Assembly (NCBI RefSeq): GCF_018977255.1 | Contig: NW_024704742.1 | Location: 61,444,001-61,508,000 of the forward strand | Source of the DNA: Callorhinchus milii | Lineage: Eukaryota | Direction: 5' to 3' | Length of the DNA stretch: 64,000 nucleotides | Shown here: positions 24,681 to 37,789 of the stretch, in pieces | Numbering within the stretch: the first letter of the stretch is position 1 | Layout: each line of letters starts with the position of its first letter | Position numbers and translations under genes: made by a program | Notes under the pieces: generated by a model | Databases searched by the model: none | Told to the model about the DNA's origin: nothing | What the model saw: only the letters and a program-made list of their open reading frames with translations

Positions 24681-26089
24681 CCCCAATAGAAGTAAAATGG
24701 ATTTAAAGTATTTCCTGCAAAGAGAAGAGCAAATTGAAAAGGAAAAAATAGGAACCAAATTTGCCTGCAAATACACAGTCTACACTTTATAGTAAAACCT
24801 GCGAAGCACTTTGATACATCTTCCTAACATGAAAAATGGCAGAGAGACTCAAGCTACTGAGTTGAAGTTTGTGAAATAGATAAGATAAAGCAATTTTGGA
24901 CAGGAATCTTCCAAGTTTAATAATTATTAATAGTATTGAATATTTAAAAAAAATTTGAGTGAATGTTTCATACTGCGAAGCTATTCAGCCATCCAGCAGA
25001 AATAAATCCTCCTGGAACCCCATTTCTCAGCAAACCATATATTACTTGTTATTTCACCCTTATTGATTTTGAATAGGCAGTATGTTATTTGGGAGCTTGC
25101 ATTCTGCTGTGTAATTCAACGCAATGGTTCATGTTATTCTGATGGTTGCAGGATCTTATCATTCAACCCACGGTGGTTGGCTGTTTTGAGGGATTTTGTT
25201 CTTAATTTGTTTAAAGCCACATGTAAAACTGGAGATAGGGAAACGTTAAATACACAGCATACAAAGGAACATTGAAAGTTTAGAATAATGCAAGCAGTGC
25301 CAAAAGAATATAGCGTTTTTTTAAATTTCTCTGCTGTACTGATACACCAATGTTTAAACATCAACAGTTGATAAACAAGCAGACTTCACTGCCTGGTAAT
25401 CTGCAGGAATCAGGCGAAGGGCAAACAGTGAGACCAGCTTAGCAGCTTCGTTTATCCTCAATTTTCATGCTCTGTTTGATGTCTGAGGGTTGGCTCTCCG
25501 CAGGTCAGTGCAGTTATTGACGGGTGAGTTAAGCTTCACTCTCTAATTGTTAATAAGTTTACCAAACATTGCCCAAATTGAAGGTTTGTAAATTTAGCAA
25601 CGAGCAAAGAATCATTCATTTAGAATAGGAGGAATTGATGCTTAACACACAGAAACACAAGTTGACACTAATTGGATGGAATGAATTGAGTTAGATAGCT
25701 ATGGAGGACAGTGTGGTCTATCATATGCTGATTACTAAAAATAGTATTTTTTTTATAAGTTAATTTTACAATGGGATTTACCTTCAGTGATGAGCAATTT
25801 TCAAAAGAAAATGCCTTTTGCTCACTGCAAACTGGCTTCCAAATGGCTTCCAGTTAATTGAAAGCACCAAATTTGAAGAATGGCTTAGTAGCATCCTGGA
25901 TGTCAAATCAGGAAGATAACAGTCAAACAAATACTGTAGACTTGTCAGCCACCCTGCCAGCCCCACAAGCTCTGGACAAGGTACATATCTCAGACAGGGA
26001 ATGGGTCAGTGGCTGCCTTTTAAATCTGTTATGCTGTTCAAACATTTGATTCAACGGTCTATGGTTATATCGAGGGGCTAGTTCATATT

Positions 26090-26170
26090 TATTGTTTGGG
26101 TGTGTGAAGCGCTCCGAGACGCCATCTGGTGTGTAGAGTGCGATATAAATGCAAGTTGTTGCTGTTGTGA
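26090..26170 (+). mobile_element. L2 tail (type C)
   Basis: gtgaagcgctccgagacgccatctggtgtgtagagtgcgatataaatgcaagttgttg. Confidence 0.7.
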
Positions 26171-26469
26171 GTCAATGGGAACATATGAATTCTGCTTAAA
26201 TTGTATAGTTGTTCACCACAGAAATAAATCCTGTAGAGCAGATTCTAAATGTAGAACTACTTTTATAAATTTGCCGTTTTCATTGCTTTCTGCCAGTAGT
26301 GCATTACTCTGACCTCCATTTAACCTGCTGCATGAACATTTTGCCCAACAAAAATGACAAGTGGGTTAAATAAATCCTAAAATTGAATAAAATGTATTGT
26401 TATACTAGTTTGGTGCTGTGATAGGATGGGTATTCTGCAAGGGTGAAATGGGCTGCAGGAACTTCCTCA

Positions 26470-26880
26470 TCTGAAGCTCTCTTGTGACTGCCTGTTGCAG
26501 AGAATTTCACATTCTTTATTCAACTTTGGTGTGAAGATTTTCTTCTGAACTTCCCCTTCAATTATTTTTGCAAAGATCTTAAATTTGATTTGTCCTGATT
26601 TACTGACCAGTAAAACTAATCTAATATTATTTAACGTATAATAACCTTTTATGATCTTGAAAGCATCTGACCAGGTCATCTAGTCACCTTTTCAGTGATA
26701 TTAAAAAAATCTACTTTCTTATGTCTCTCTTCATAACTGAAACTATTCATCTCTGGCAACTTCCGACCACATCCATACTGCACACCCTGTATTGTTTTTA
26801 TAGCTTTCCTTTAATGGATTGACCAATACTGCAAATACTCCTGTTGCAGGCACCTAAATCAGGTCTAGTACAAGTTTAAA
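26470..26880 (-). mobile_element. CR1 ORF2 3' fragment, heavily decayed
   Basis: Minus translation DAFKIIKG..KKIFT; gaccaatactgcaaatactcc..aggtct corresponds to an RPxLEYAVxW-like motif. Confidence 0.5.
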
Positions 26881-27011
26881 ATTATGTTCTTGAGGATAGA
26901 AGTTCCATCAAAGATAAAGTGCACTCTATTAATGTGGCAATTAAGAGCACCCGGACTTTATAACATTTTTGAATTCAGCCTTTTATTTTTATCAATTCTT
27001 GAATATGGTAT

Positions 27012-27361
27012 AGAATCCTGTAGCTTATTAGAGCACTTGCCTCGCAAGCGAGAATACCCGGGTTTGATTCTCAGGCAGAGTGAAACCTTAGGCAAGTCTT
27101 CTTACTCCACACGCTTCTTGTTACCTAGCAGTAAGCAGGCACCCGTTTGTAAGTCGATTGATGGATTACTTTTGTGGGGGTAATAAGCCCTAAAAAAAAA
27201 ATGGCTGTTTGTGTGACACTGATGTGCGCAATTGACTGCTGCGTTTCGCTCACAAAATACACAGTCAATTCACTTTATGGTATATTCTGTGAAACACTTT
27301 GAGACGTCTTAACAACTGGATAAAGCGTTATATCAAATGCAAGGATTATTATTATTATTAT
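27012..27361 (+). mobile_element. Older tRNA-Ala SINE (long subfamily)
   Basis: gagcacttgcctcgcaagcgag..ctccacacgcttcttgttacctagcagtaagcaggcacc; (TTA)n tail. Confidence 0.85.
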
Positions 27362-27964
27362 TTATAAGCCAGGTTTCTGTAAGTTCTTTTAAGAAGAACT
27401 TTAGAAAACAGGCTTCAAAGTGAAATCAAATCCAAGCTGATGCTTTGGGGAAGAGAATCTGCTGCAATCTTATCACAAATCAAAATGAAAGCTTTCATTT
27501 GGAAAGAAAGTTTATTTTCAGACCATTCTTATGCTTTTCTTATTACAGTTTATTTCGTATTACTACATTTCTTATTAAAGTCTGTGAGGAGAACCTGAAA
27601 ATAAGACAACTTTGCTTCCAGTTGTTTTCCCTATTCAAACCCATTGTTTCTTGCATGTGCCTTTGAGCAACTAGGAATGGGCAAAAATAGTCAAAGCGGC
27701 ATTGGTGGTAGGAAGGGTTTAGCCACTGTTTCCTCAAAGTAAACAAATTCTCTGTTACACTAGTCAGCCTGAGGTAGATCAAGTGCCATTACAGGTAGCC
27801 CTGTGAGTGAAACGCAGCAACCAATTACGCACAGCAATGTCCCACAAACAGTCATGTTTTTTTTTCAAAAGGAATTATTACCCTCAGAAAAGCAGTATAA
27901 ACTCTTTATAATACTCTCATTTAAGTTCTTATATTGCATTTCCAATATAAACAATTCAATGACC

Positions 27965-28320
27965 ATTGTTTAGGTTCCATGAGCCTATCACCCCCATCCT
28001 TGCTCTATTAACTCCCCATCCCCTCAGTGAATTGAATTCAACATTCAATGCTTCTATGGCCTCAGTCCACCTTACTTTTGCAACACTCCTCCCTGGTGGC
28101 ATCCGCTGCTCAGTAAACATTGGACTGCTTCACATTTCTCTGCCTGTTTTGCTCCACGAATAGTGGGTAAGCTTTCAGTCACTATGTCCCTGCTCTCCCT
28201 CCCTAACCCTAACCCTAACCACATTCCCCATTCCAGGTGTGGGTTTATAGTTAGTTTTGTGAAGCACTTTGAGACATCCTCTAGACATGAAGGAGCTATA
28301 TGAATGTAAATTGTCATACA
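27965..28320 (+). mobile_element. L2 3' fragment with deletions
   Basis: HEPITPILA; tail gtgaagcactttgagacatcctctagacatgaaggagctatatgaatgtaaattg. Confidence 0.6.
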
Positions 28321-28529
28321 ATAAAGGTAATTGCTAATAGAGGAGAACATATCCCCTTCTTTCGAGGGTACAATGATTCATATTGAGGTACGGTTCCACA
28401 ATGCTTGTAATTCTCTTTGATATCTGACTGTGTTCAGGTTTGCATCTGGACAGCACATTGTCAAGTCGTATAACCAAGAGAGGCATGACAGATGAACCTC
28501 TCACATGAGGTTCATATGTGTTGGAGTTT

Positions 28530-28718
28530 CTTCCAGTGTTATGGCCAACATTACCCCAAATTTGGTCATTCACTTCATGGTTGTTTGTGGAACTTTGCTA
28601 TGTGCACATTGGCTGCCATGTTTGTCCACAAAAAAAACTTTACTTTTGCAGTAAATCCTGTGAAGTAGTTTGAGATGTTCTCCCGACATGAAAGCATCAA
28701 ATACAAGGATTATTATTT
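28530..28718 (+). mobile_element. Deu-SINE 3' half
   Basis: ccagtgttatggccaac..ttggctgccatgtttgtccac..ctcccgacatgaaagc..aaggattatta. Confidence 0.6.
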
Positions 28719-29630
28719 TATTCATGAGAAAGAATTGAGTAGAAAGGTATGGGAAGAGGCTTAGGAGGGGGTATTAGTGTGGGCAGATGCTCATGTGAAG
28801 TATTAACAAAGGTATCAACTAGTTGATCTGAATCACTGATTTCAATTCTATAGAGTTTCTGTATTCCGGAAAGGAGATTCCAGATAATTTCAGAAAATGG
28901 AAACTGGTTGATTTTTCCCCACTCTGACACTAACTGTAGTGCCTTACCAGGAGAAATTCCCTTCTCTTTACCCGCAGTTCACTACTATCAATCCGAAAAA
29001 ACATCAGTATTGCTGGAAATGGACTGGATGATAGATTTGTATTTCAGGGAAAGCCAATTATGATAATGATCTATTTCTACCCAGTCAGCTTCCTTAGAAT
29101 AAACTGAAACCATATGCTTAACAATTTGATTCTCTGTGATCTCGATAGTCCTCTGAGTAGTATGTGAGCATTCCCACAAGGAATATAGAGCTTACCACAT
29201 TAGGAATGCTTTAATATTTACCTCTCAATGTCTAAGTAAGACTGTTGATCGTTTTACTGTGCTATATTAGGGTCTAATAAACTAGAGAGAGTGAAAGAGT
29301 GTAGTTGGGGGAACAATGCAACAAAATAGTACTGATTACTGGGGCTCATATTGAATTAGGTCAAAAACCAAATTATTGGACACACTCAATGAACAACATG
29401 ATGATACAAGGCAGTAATATGTGGAGAGGGTTCAACGATATTATAAGATGTAATCCCAAAGTGTAAAAGGGTTATCAATTTCAACTCACTATATTGTTCT
29501 TAATAAATAATCCTTACATTTAGTACAGTGCCTTGCACGACAGAAGGAAGTTTCAAGTGCTTCACATGATTTACCGTAAAGTCGAGTGACTGTATTTGTA
29601 GGTGAAGTGCCAGCCCATATGTGTGCAGAA

Positions 29631-29954
29631 ATAATAATAATAATAATAATAATCCTTGCATTTGATATAGCGCTTTTCACGTCGGGAGGACATCCCAAAG
29701 CGCTTCACAGAACACACTGTAAAGTGAATTGACTGTATATTTGTGGGCGAACGCGGCAGCCAATTGCGCACAGCAATGTCCCACAAACAGTCGTAGATTG
29801 AAAATGACCAATTTATTATTGTTTTGGGTTTTGGAGGGATTATTATTAGGCGTGTGGAGTAAGGAAACTTGCCCAAGGTTTCGCCCTGCCTGGAATTGAA
29901 CTCAGGTCTCTCTCTTGCAAAGCGAGTGCTCTAACCACTGAGCTACAGGACTCC
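29631..29954 (-). mobile_element. Young full-length tRNA-Ala SINE
   Basis: Only a few mismatches to 9233-9551; long (TTA)n tail. Confidence 0.93.
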
Positions 29955-30218
29955 ATGGCCATAAAGTGACCAATTTTATCTAGAGGATTGTTAGCCAGGA
30001 CTCAGAAGAAATTCCCTTCTCTTTTCCAGTGGCATCTTTAATATCGATCTGAACAAGCAGATACAACCTTGATCTAAAGTCTCATCTGAATGACTCCCCC
30101 CTCTGGCATTGCAGCACTACCCCAGCACTGCATTAAAGTGCCAGCCTGGATTATATGAGTTCAAAATCCCTACATGAAGGCTTCTGACTCAGAGGCGAGA
30201 GTACAACCCACTAAACCA

Positions 30219-32941
30219 ATCGGGAGTGGAGTCAGGAGAGCGCGGGGGGAGGTAAGTGACAGGTGTCGCTGATCCACGAAGTGACGTCGGCGTGAAGTCA
30301 CAATTAAAAAGACAACAACATCAACAACGGCCTGGCAGCCGCTGCCACTGCCATCCCAGCCATGACCACACAGTCTGCGGGCTGATGCCGTCCCGTTGAT
30401 CGCTCGTTCCCGGTCTCTGCGTGCGTGTTTTGGCTGCTGCCTTGACCCCAGCCTCCCTCTCCACTATAAATATCTCTCCTCCCACACCCCCTCTATGTCT
30501 CTCGTCCCACCACGCTCTATCCGCTACTCCCCCTCTGTCCTTCTCTCGCACCGCCCTCCCCGCCTTCTCTCTCTCTTTGATCCAATCACCACTTCCCTCT
30601 GCTCCAGCCTGGGCATCCTCCCCCGGGTACATCATGGGTCCTGGCACTGACTGTCCCAGAGCAGCAACCCCACGTGTCCAATCATTCACTCCCTCCGCTC
30701 AAACCGCCTCTTTAAGGCAAACCCAACTTCCCCCTTCCCTCATACGTACCCTCCCCAACTCTCCACTCACACCTCCCGCCACAACCATCTCTCCTGTACA
30801 CCCGAAAATCCTCTCACCATTACTCTGTCCTCCCTCTCCTCTCTCCCATCCCTCCAGCAAACCCACCCGCATTTCCCTCCAAAATGTCCGTTCCCTCTCA
30901 AATAAAGCCCTCACCATCCACGACCTCATCCTGGACGAGCACCTTGACATTCTTGGGATCACCGAAACCTGGCTCTCGCCCAATGACCCCATGCCCCTAG
31001 TGGAAGCCTCACCTCCAGGCTATATCTTCCACCACACATCTGTCCAAACCAACGTGGCGGCAGGGTGGCCCTCAACTCCAAAACCTCCCTTGGTCTTACC
31101 CCCTGCTCCTCTGGATGTTTCCATCCTTCGAGCACTTCATCCTCTTCCATCCCTCTCTCCCACTGAAAATCCTCCTTGTCTACTGCCTCCTTAAGCACCC
31201 CAGCTCTTTCCACACAGACATCTCTACTCTTCCCTGTCCCTCTGCTACGAGCGCCTGCTCATAAAGGGCGACTTCAACCTCCACTTAAACTCCCCTTGCA
31301 CTACTTCTGCTGACTTCACTGCCCTCCTCTCCTCCCTAAACCTCACCCTTCACATAAACTCACCTGCCCACAAACGTGGTCACGCCCTTGACCTCATTAT
31401 CACCCACGGCCTCGACATTTCCGACCTCAACATAGTGGACAAGGCCATCTCGGACCACTTCCTCATCTCCTTCTCCTCTCACATCCCTCTCTCCTCCACC
31501 AAGCCCTCAACCATTCTCTATCGCCCATGGAAAAGGCTACCCCCTGAGACCTTCACAAAGGCCATCATATCATCAAATATCCTATCCCTCTGGCCTTCCA
31601 CACGTGGAGATCCTGAAGCAGCCGTCCAGCTGCTCCATGATTGCCTCTCCTCCACCTTCAAGTCCCTCGTCCCCCTGAAATCCAGGACCATCTCCAAGCC
31701 CACCCCTCCAGTCCAGTTTCCAGGGCTCCCTTTGCCTCCTTATCCTCCTGCACCTCTCCACAGCATTCAACACAGTCAATCACGCCATCCTCCTCCACTG
31801 GTTTTCCTTCGTCATCCACCTCAGTGGGACCGCACTCACCTGGTTCGAGTCCTACCTCACAAACCGCCAGCAGTACATCTGCACAAACGGCTTTTTCTCC
31901 CGCTCTCACCCGGTTACCTGTGGGGTACCCCAAGGATCCATCCTTGGCCCCCTCCTCTTTCTGATCTACAGATGGGGATGTCATCCGCAGACATGGGGTA
32001 CATTTCCACATGTATGCAGATGACACCTAACTCTATTTTTCCACCTCTCTTTGTGACCCCCAGTCCCCTGATGTTCTGTCAGCCTATTTGTCAGATTTCA
32101 GGTGCTGGATGAGCGCAAATTTCCTTCAGCTGAATGTTGACAAGATGGAAGCCATACTCTTTCGCTCTCGTCAACATCTAAAATCTCACGGTTCTTACCT
32201 CCTCCATCTACCCGACCTCCCCCTAAAACTTTCCGAACCGGTACACAGCCTAGGCTTCAGGTTCGACCCCCAATTATCCTTCCTCCCACACATCCGGTCC
32301 CTCACAAGCACCGCTTTCTTCCACCTCAGATGCATCCACCAATACCTCACTCCAAAAGCCGCTGAAACCCTGGTCCATGCCTTTGTCACCTCTCGGCAGG
32401 ACTACTCTAATGCCCTCCTCGCCGGTCTCCCATCCATTACCATTCATAAAATCCAGATTACATAAAACTCTGCCGCCCACATTCTCACCCATACCAAACT
32501 CTGCTCCCCGATCACCCCAGTCCTTGCCAGACTGCACTGACTGCCTATCCCAGAGAGGATCGACTTCAAAATCCTTGTCTTCAAATCACTCCACTCCTCT
32601 GCCCGCCCAACCTCTCTGACCTCCTCTCTCCTCACAACAGTGCCCGTTGCCTTCGTTCCTCTGGGTCTGGCCTCCTCCTCATCCCTCGAGTCCTCCGCTC
32701 CACCCTCGGCAGTCGTGCCTTCAGCCACTATGCCCTGAGGCTCTGGAACTCCCCTCCTCACTCCCTTCGCCTCACCCCCTCTCTTCCTATTTTCAGGTCT
32801 CAGCTGAAGACCTTTCTTTTCGACCACGCTTTTGGTCACTTTCCTCCCCCTCCCCCGGCTCAGCCCCGGGATCCGTTACTGTGAAGGACTCTGAGACGCC
32901 GTCCGGCGTGGAGGTTGCTATATAAATCCAAGTTGTAGTTG
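30219..32941 (+). mobile_element. L2 LINE (type C), apparently complete at both ends but internally deleted; APE endonuclease and RT pseudogene; 7-bp TSD taaacca
   Basis: APE motifs LQNVRSLSNK, GITETWL, GDFNLH, HKRGHALDLII, SDHFLI. RT motifs [16 protein letters not shown] and HMYADDT. taaacca at 30212-30218 and 32942-32948. CpG-rich 5' end. Confidence 0.95.
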
Positions 32942-33769
32942 TAAACCAGGCTGCCACTTGCTATAATAAGTAGAGGTACGGTGATTTCTCATCATTTAAT
33001 TTTTCTATTTACCATATGCCTTTTTTATCAGTAGTTAGTGACATGGAAAAAATAACAGATGGCAGGCTGCCACTTGTGCCGAAATGAGTTGCTAAGAAAG
33101 TGATATTGGGGCCTATTTTTCATTATTGATGTGATAGAATTTCATGTGGTCGATTTAATGGAATATTTTAAACCTAGGTGTGGTTACAAATGATAAATAA
33201 GTGCATTGTAACGCTGGAGTGCACAATTCAGTAAAGACACCACCTGAATGTTAAACACTGATAGATGTGAAACCTTGTAGAAAAAAACTTCGAAAGACTG
33301 CAGTCATTTAAAGGAGATGAAGATGTGACACTCTGCAGTCAATATCCCTTCAGTATGTTAGTAATTATTGCAAAGTCTTTTGCTGAACAGAAGAGATACC
33401 CATGTGCATGGTATTTTGTCTCATAAAACATTGTACTGATGGACTATAGAAGAGCTTTCTTGACCTTGTTATAATCCCTGTTCTCAGTCACATGATTTAT
33501 TTTCTTGCGCTTGGAAAGAGCTATTTCATAAATTATTCATTCTGTCCTAAAAAGGAAAACGGTTCCAAAGTATTGATTTAGGAAGTGCTACGGATGAAAT
33601 GTAAAGCAGATGGATGCACCAATATTTTCCAATCCAATATGGTTAAAGCCTTTTCAATCCAGCGTGTTCAAAGCTTCTTCTCATTTTCAGTGAGTATTGT
33701 GGACCCCAATACAATTTCATCTACGTCTGAGGTGAGCCGGGAGAAGGATCCTTTGAATTTGCATATCGC

Positions 33770-34325
33770 AATAATAATCCTTGCATTTGATGTAGTGCCT
33801 TATCACGTTGCCAAGATATCTCAAAAGGCTTCACGGGATACTCTGTAAAGTGGATTGACTATATATGTTGTGGGCGAAACATTACATAGAATCTACAAAA
33901 CCAAAACAGGCCATTTGGTTCAAATAATCAGAGCCATTGTTTATACTCCATATGATCCTCTGCCCATGGTAAATCCCCCATACCTAGCCTCTTCCCATAC
34001 ATCCTATTCCATCTATATAGTAATAAATTCAAGCTTTTCAGGACGCTACCCCCCATGAGGGGCGCTATATAAATGCAAATTGGTGTTGTAAATTTAAAAT
34101 CCTTACACCTCACATCAGGAGGACACCTCAAAGTGCTTCACAGGATTTTACTGCAAAGTGAAGTGACTGTGTATGTGTAAGCAGCCAAATTGCACACAGT
34201 AATGTTCCACAAACAGCCATGAAGTGACTGACCAATTTTATCTGGGGGATTGTTGACTAGGACTCTGGGAGAAACTTCCTTCACTTTCCAAGTTGTGCCT
34301 TGGGATCTTTCGCCTCTACCTGAAC
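33770..34325. mobile_element. Cluster of SINE tail, CR1 tail, L2 tail and Deu-SINE fragments
   Basis: aataatccttgcatttga (33773); catagaatctacaaaacc..caggccattt (33885); gagggcgctatataaatgcaa (~34060); Deu core tgggatcttt..ctgaac (~34300). Confidence 0.6.
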
Positions 34326-34749
34326 AGTAAATAACATTATTTATTATTGAGAAATACTACAAATTGGATCCCATTACTTGCACACGACACCAATTTTTGG
34401 TTTTAAAATATTGCACAAGACAAGCGTGACTATTTGTCACTGCAAAGAAAGGGAGCTAAATGTTATTTTTGAAGATATTCGTTCCATTACTTTTGCCTGC
34501 CGTTAAAATCCACATTCCAGGAATTCCATTGTCACAAATCTAAACTGACTAAAATTGAACACAATGTAGTTTGATGATTTCTCTTTGGATAAGCAATCTT
34601 GCCAATCATCAACAATGTTGAAGATCAGTCCTGTTGCAGTTTGTGCAACAGCTTATTTAGAAATATAGTGAGCAAAGATTTTTTTGAACATCAACTGATG
34701 AAAAAAAATTGCAATGTAGAACATTACTTGACTTGTGTGTTACCTCTTA

Positions 34750-35125
34750 GCTTGGTTTAGTTGTATACTTGCTTCATTGTATTATAGATTGCTTCATGTG
34801 GGGATTTGAATTCCTGGAATGTGGATTCATAACAATATTTCTTGATGCTGAATACTAAGAGGACATAGGTTTTAAGACATAGCCCAATGCCAAGAGGACA
34901 TAGGTTTACAAAAGGCAATATGAAGAAAGACCCCCAAAATTCTTTTACCCAGAGGATAATTAACAACTGAAATAGGCCATGAGGAAGGGTGGTTGAGGCC
35001 AGGACATTGGACTTGTTTAAATAAACAGCTTGATGCTGTGATGGCAAGACAGTAGGGTGGGCGTTCTGAAATAATGCGATCAGATGGGCCGAAGGATTTT
35101 CATCCAAGCCAATCTTGTGATCTGT
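34750..35125 (+). mobile_element. CR1 LINE 3' fragment
   Basis: ctaagaggacataggtt (TRGH, duplicated), ttttacccagaggataattaacaactgaaatagg (FTQRII), tail gatgggccgaagg..tcttgtgatc. Confidence 0.7.
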
Positions 35126-36274
35126 GAATGCTCAGAGTGTTTCTTTACTTTAGCTCTCTCTTTTTCCTTTAAGTTCTTCTTTAAATCAATTGCGTAAACA
35201 GGAGATTATTGTTTTATGAGTAAATGATGTCCTCTATCCTCATAATTTCTGTACTTACCATTGAGAATGATTAGGAAACAGGTTGTATATAGGAACTATT
35301 TCTCTGGTGGCTTGCTTTAGCAAGGAAACATCATGGTAACATCATGGTAACTGAGTGTGGATTTTATTGACCTGAGGAATAACTAAAAAAATGTCACGGC
35401 AATTAAATAGTGACTTCAAACACGGTCTACTTATAGCCTTGCCTTCTGTAATGTTGGTTAGTTAAATGTTATTAAAGGGTTTCTGCTCACTCTGATTAAA
35501 TAAGCATTGGCAGCTGTATGCAGCCAATTTCCTCACGCCAATAGTTTCCTAAATTACTTAAGTAACATCTGTTCATAAGAACATTACAGAGGTAAGATTG
35601 AGGTAAGTGCATTCAGCTCATCAAGCTGAACTATTACATGTCAACTCTGTCACAATCTATGCAGACTATTCCCTTTCTATCAAGAATACATTTTGTCTAC
35701 TCCATATTTACTCTGTAATGCCTCCGCGATTCATTTTTGAGCAATTAAAACAATAATCCTTGTCTTTGATATAGCACTACATCATATTATCAAGGCAACT
35801 CAAAATATTTCACATGATTTCACTGTAAGTTGTAGTGAATGTGTATTTTTGTAGACAAATGTGGCTGCCAATTTGTACACAGCAATGTCCCTCAAACAGT
35901 CATAAAGTGAATGAACAATTGTATGCCATTCCAACCAATGCTCAGAATCAGTGTTTGTGTTATTGGGATGTCCTCTACACGACCAAACTTTTGCTCTGGA
36001 ACATTTCCTCATTTTCATAAGATCCCAAATAAAATTGGCTACTCACTCCAAGGCTTTTGATGGGACATTGTTACTTATGCATATTAATCATAATTAATGA
36101 TAATAATCCTTGCATTTTATTATTTTGTATTATGTTTTTATTATAATTGTATTATGATCCTTGCATTTTTAATATTTTTATTATCTTTGGAATTATTATT
36201 ATTGTGATGATGATGCAAACAGTTTCCTCATAAATGCATCAATGTTTTCTGCTTTGATCACATTCTCACGACCA

Positions 36275-36713
36275 TGTGTCAATCTGGTTCAGTTGGTAAC
36301 ACCCTCTGAGTCACAAGGTTGTGGGTTCAAGTCCCACATCAGGACTTGGAACTCATATAGTCTAAGATGACACTACAATGCAGCATTGGGGGCGTGCTGC
36401 ATGGTTGGAGGTGCTATCCTTTGGATGAGATGGTAAACCGAAACCCATCTGCCAATTCAGGTGGACGTTAAAGATCCCACGCATTATTCAAAAAAAGAAG
36501 GAAATTTCTCCTGTTGTCCTTGTCAACAGTCCCACAAAAAAAATGGTCAATCCCTTCATGACTGCTTGTGGGACATTGTTGTGTGCAGATTGGCTGCCCC
36601 GTTCACCCACAAAATACACAGTCACTGAACATTATGATATATCCTGTGAAACGCTTTGGGATGTCCTCCTGCCATGAAACTCATTATACCAAATGTAAAG
36701 ATTATGATTATTA
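36275..36713 (+). mobile_element. Deu-domain SINE, full length
   Basis: Head ggttcagttggt..gagtcacaaggttgtgggttcaagtccc; Deu core ggtgctatcctttggatgagatggtaaaccgaaacccatctgccaattcaggtggacgttaaagatccca; L2-like tail. Confidence 0.88.
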
Positions 36714-37026
36714 TCTTGTAAAAAATAATTCTTCTGGACTCTTATTTAGATTTACTAGTGGATGTTATATTTAATTGTTATCTTAATGTTATCTTATAAT
36801 ATAATAATAATTATATTATATATTATATAATAATATAATAATAATTTATGACCCTTGTTAGAAATTCACTAAAAACAACTTGCATTTATATAGCTTCCTT
36901 CATTTGGCTAACGTCAAAGTGCCTCAAAGTGCTTTACCAAGAGGGGTGTTGGATGGAATTATATCTGCTTTATCGAACTCTTAAATAATTTTAAAGACCT
37001 CAATCAGGTCCCCTTACAAATGCCAC

Positions 37027-37190
37027 ATCAACAACAACAACAACAACAAGATTCCATTTATTGAGCGCCTTTCACGTCGGGAGGACGTCCCAAGGTGCTG
37101 TACAGTTGGGTCAGGACCCGAGCAGGGGGGAAATGGTCAGGGTGAGGGGAGGGAAGGGAGACAGCGAGGAGGGGGTAGAGAGTCGAGAGT
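37027..37190 (-). mobile_element. L2 3' end (type A), young
   Basis: (caa)n gattccatttattgagcgcctttcacgtcgggaggacgtcccaagg. Confidence 0.85.
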
Positions 37191-37789
37191 CGACATCTCC
37201 AACTATTGCACTGAAATCTTGTTTTGAAAATCGTTTGACATTATTGATTCATTCTACTGTATTTTTACAGTAGCACCAGTAAACATTATTTGAGATTTTT
37301 CAATATTAATTGCTTCCCAAGATAATCTCCATGTTTCTCGGTCTCTGTGGATATCTTTAAAATACAATGTTTACCTCAGGACATCCTGCTTCTCAACACA
37401 ACTTCATATAAGCTATGAATTTAAATATATGTATGGTTAATGCCTTCATTCATATCAATATTAAATATTAGTCACTGATAGGTGAGATAGGTCACAGCAT
37501 TCTGGCTATTATCATTGATAATTGATATTTCTTTCTTGTTACCAAGACAACCATAACCAGTGTTGTGGATTCCTCTTTAAGCTTTTTAGATTTCACTTCA
37601 GCCTTCAGCCAATATCAATGAAGCCCTGTGTAAGTATCAACTTGCTCAGAAAGTTCAATGGAAACTCTTAAGGACTGAGTACTGTAGTCATTCAAATATA
37701 AAGATTGCTCTTTCATAGCAGATTTCATTTGGTAATTATTGCTGGAGTTAGTTATGGAAAGGTTAAAAAATGGGATTGCTAGTTGACAT

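Larger units (their letters stand above)
29502..32958 (-). mobile_element. Old Deu-domain SINE hosting two nested insertions (own sequence 29502-29630, 29955-30218, 32949-32958)
   Basis: Tail, Deu core (gtctcatctgaatgac) and head (ttctgactcagaggcgagagt..ctaaacca|ggctgccac) become colinear once both inserts are removed. Confidence 0.8.

Noticed and set aside
25880..26010. RTE-clade LINE relic
   Set aside because: Only a vague resemblance to the LRxIL..W..RWxGH region; not supportable without a profile search
28198..28220. Interstitial telomere (ccctaa)x3
   Set aside because: Only three units, inside the C-rich 3'UTR of a decayed L2
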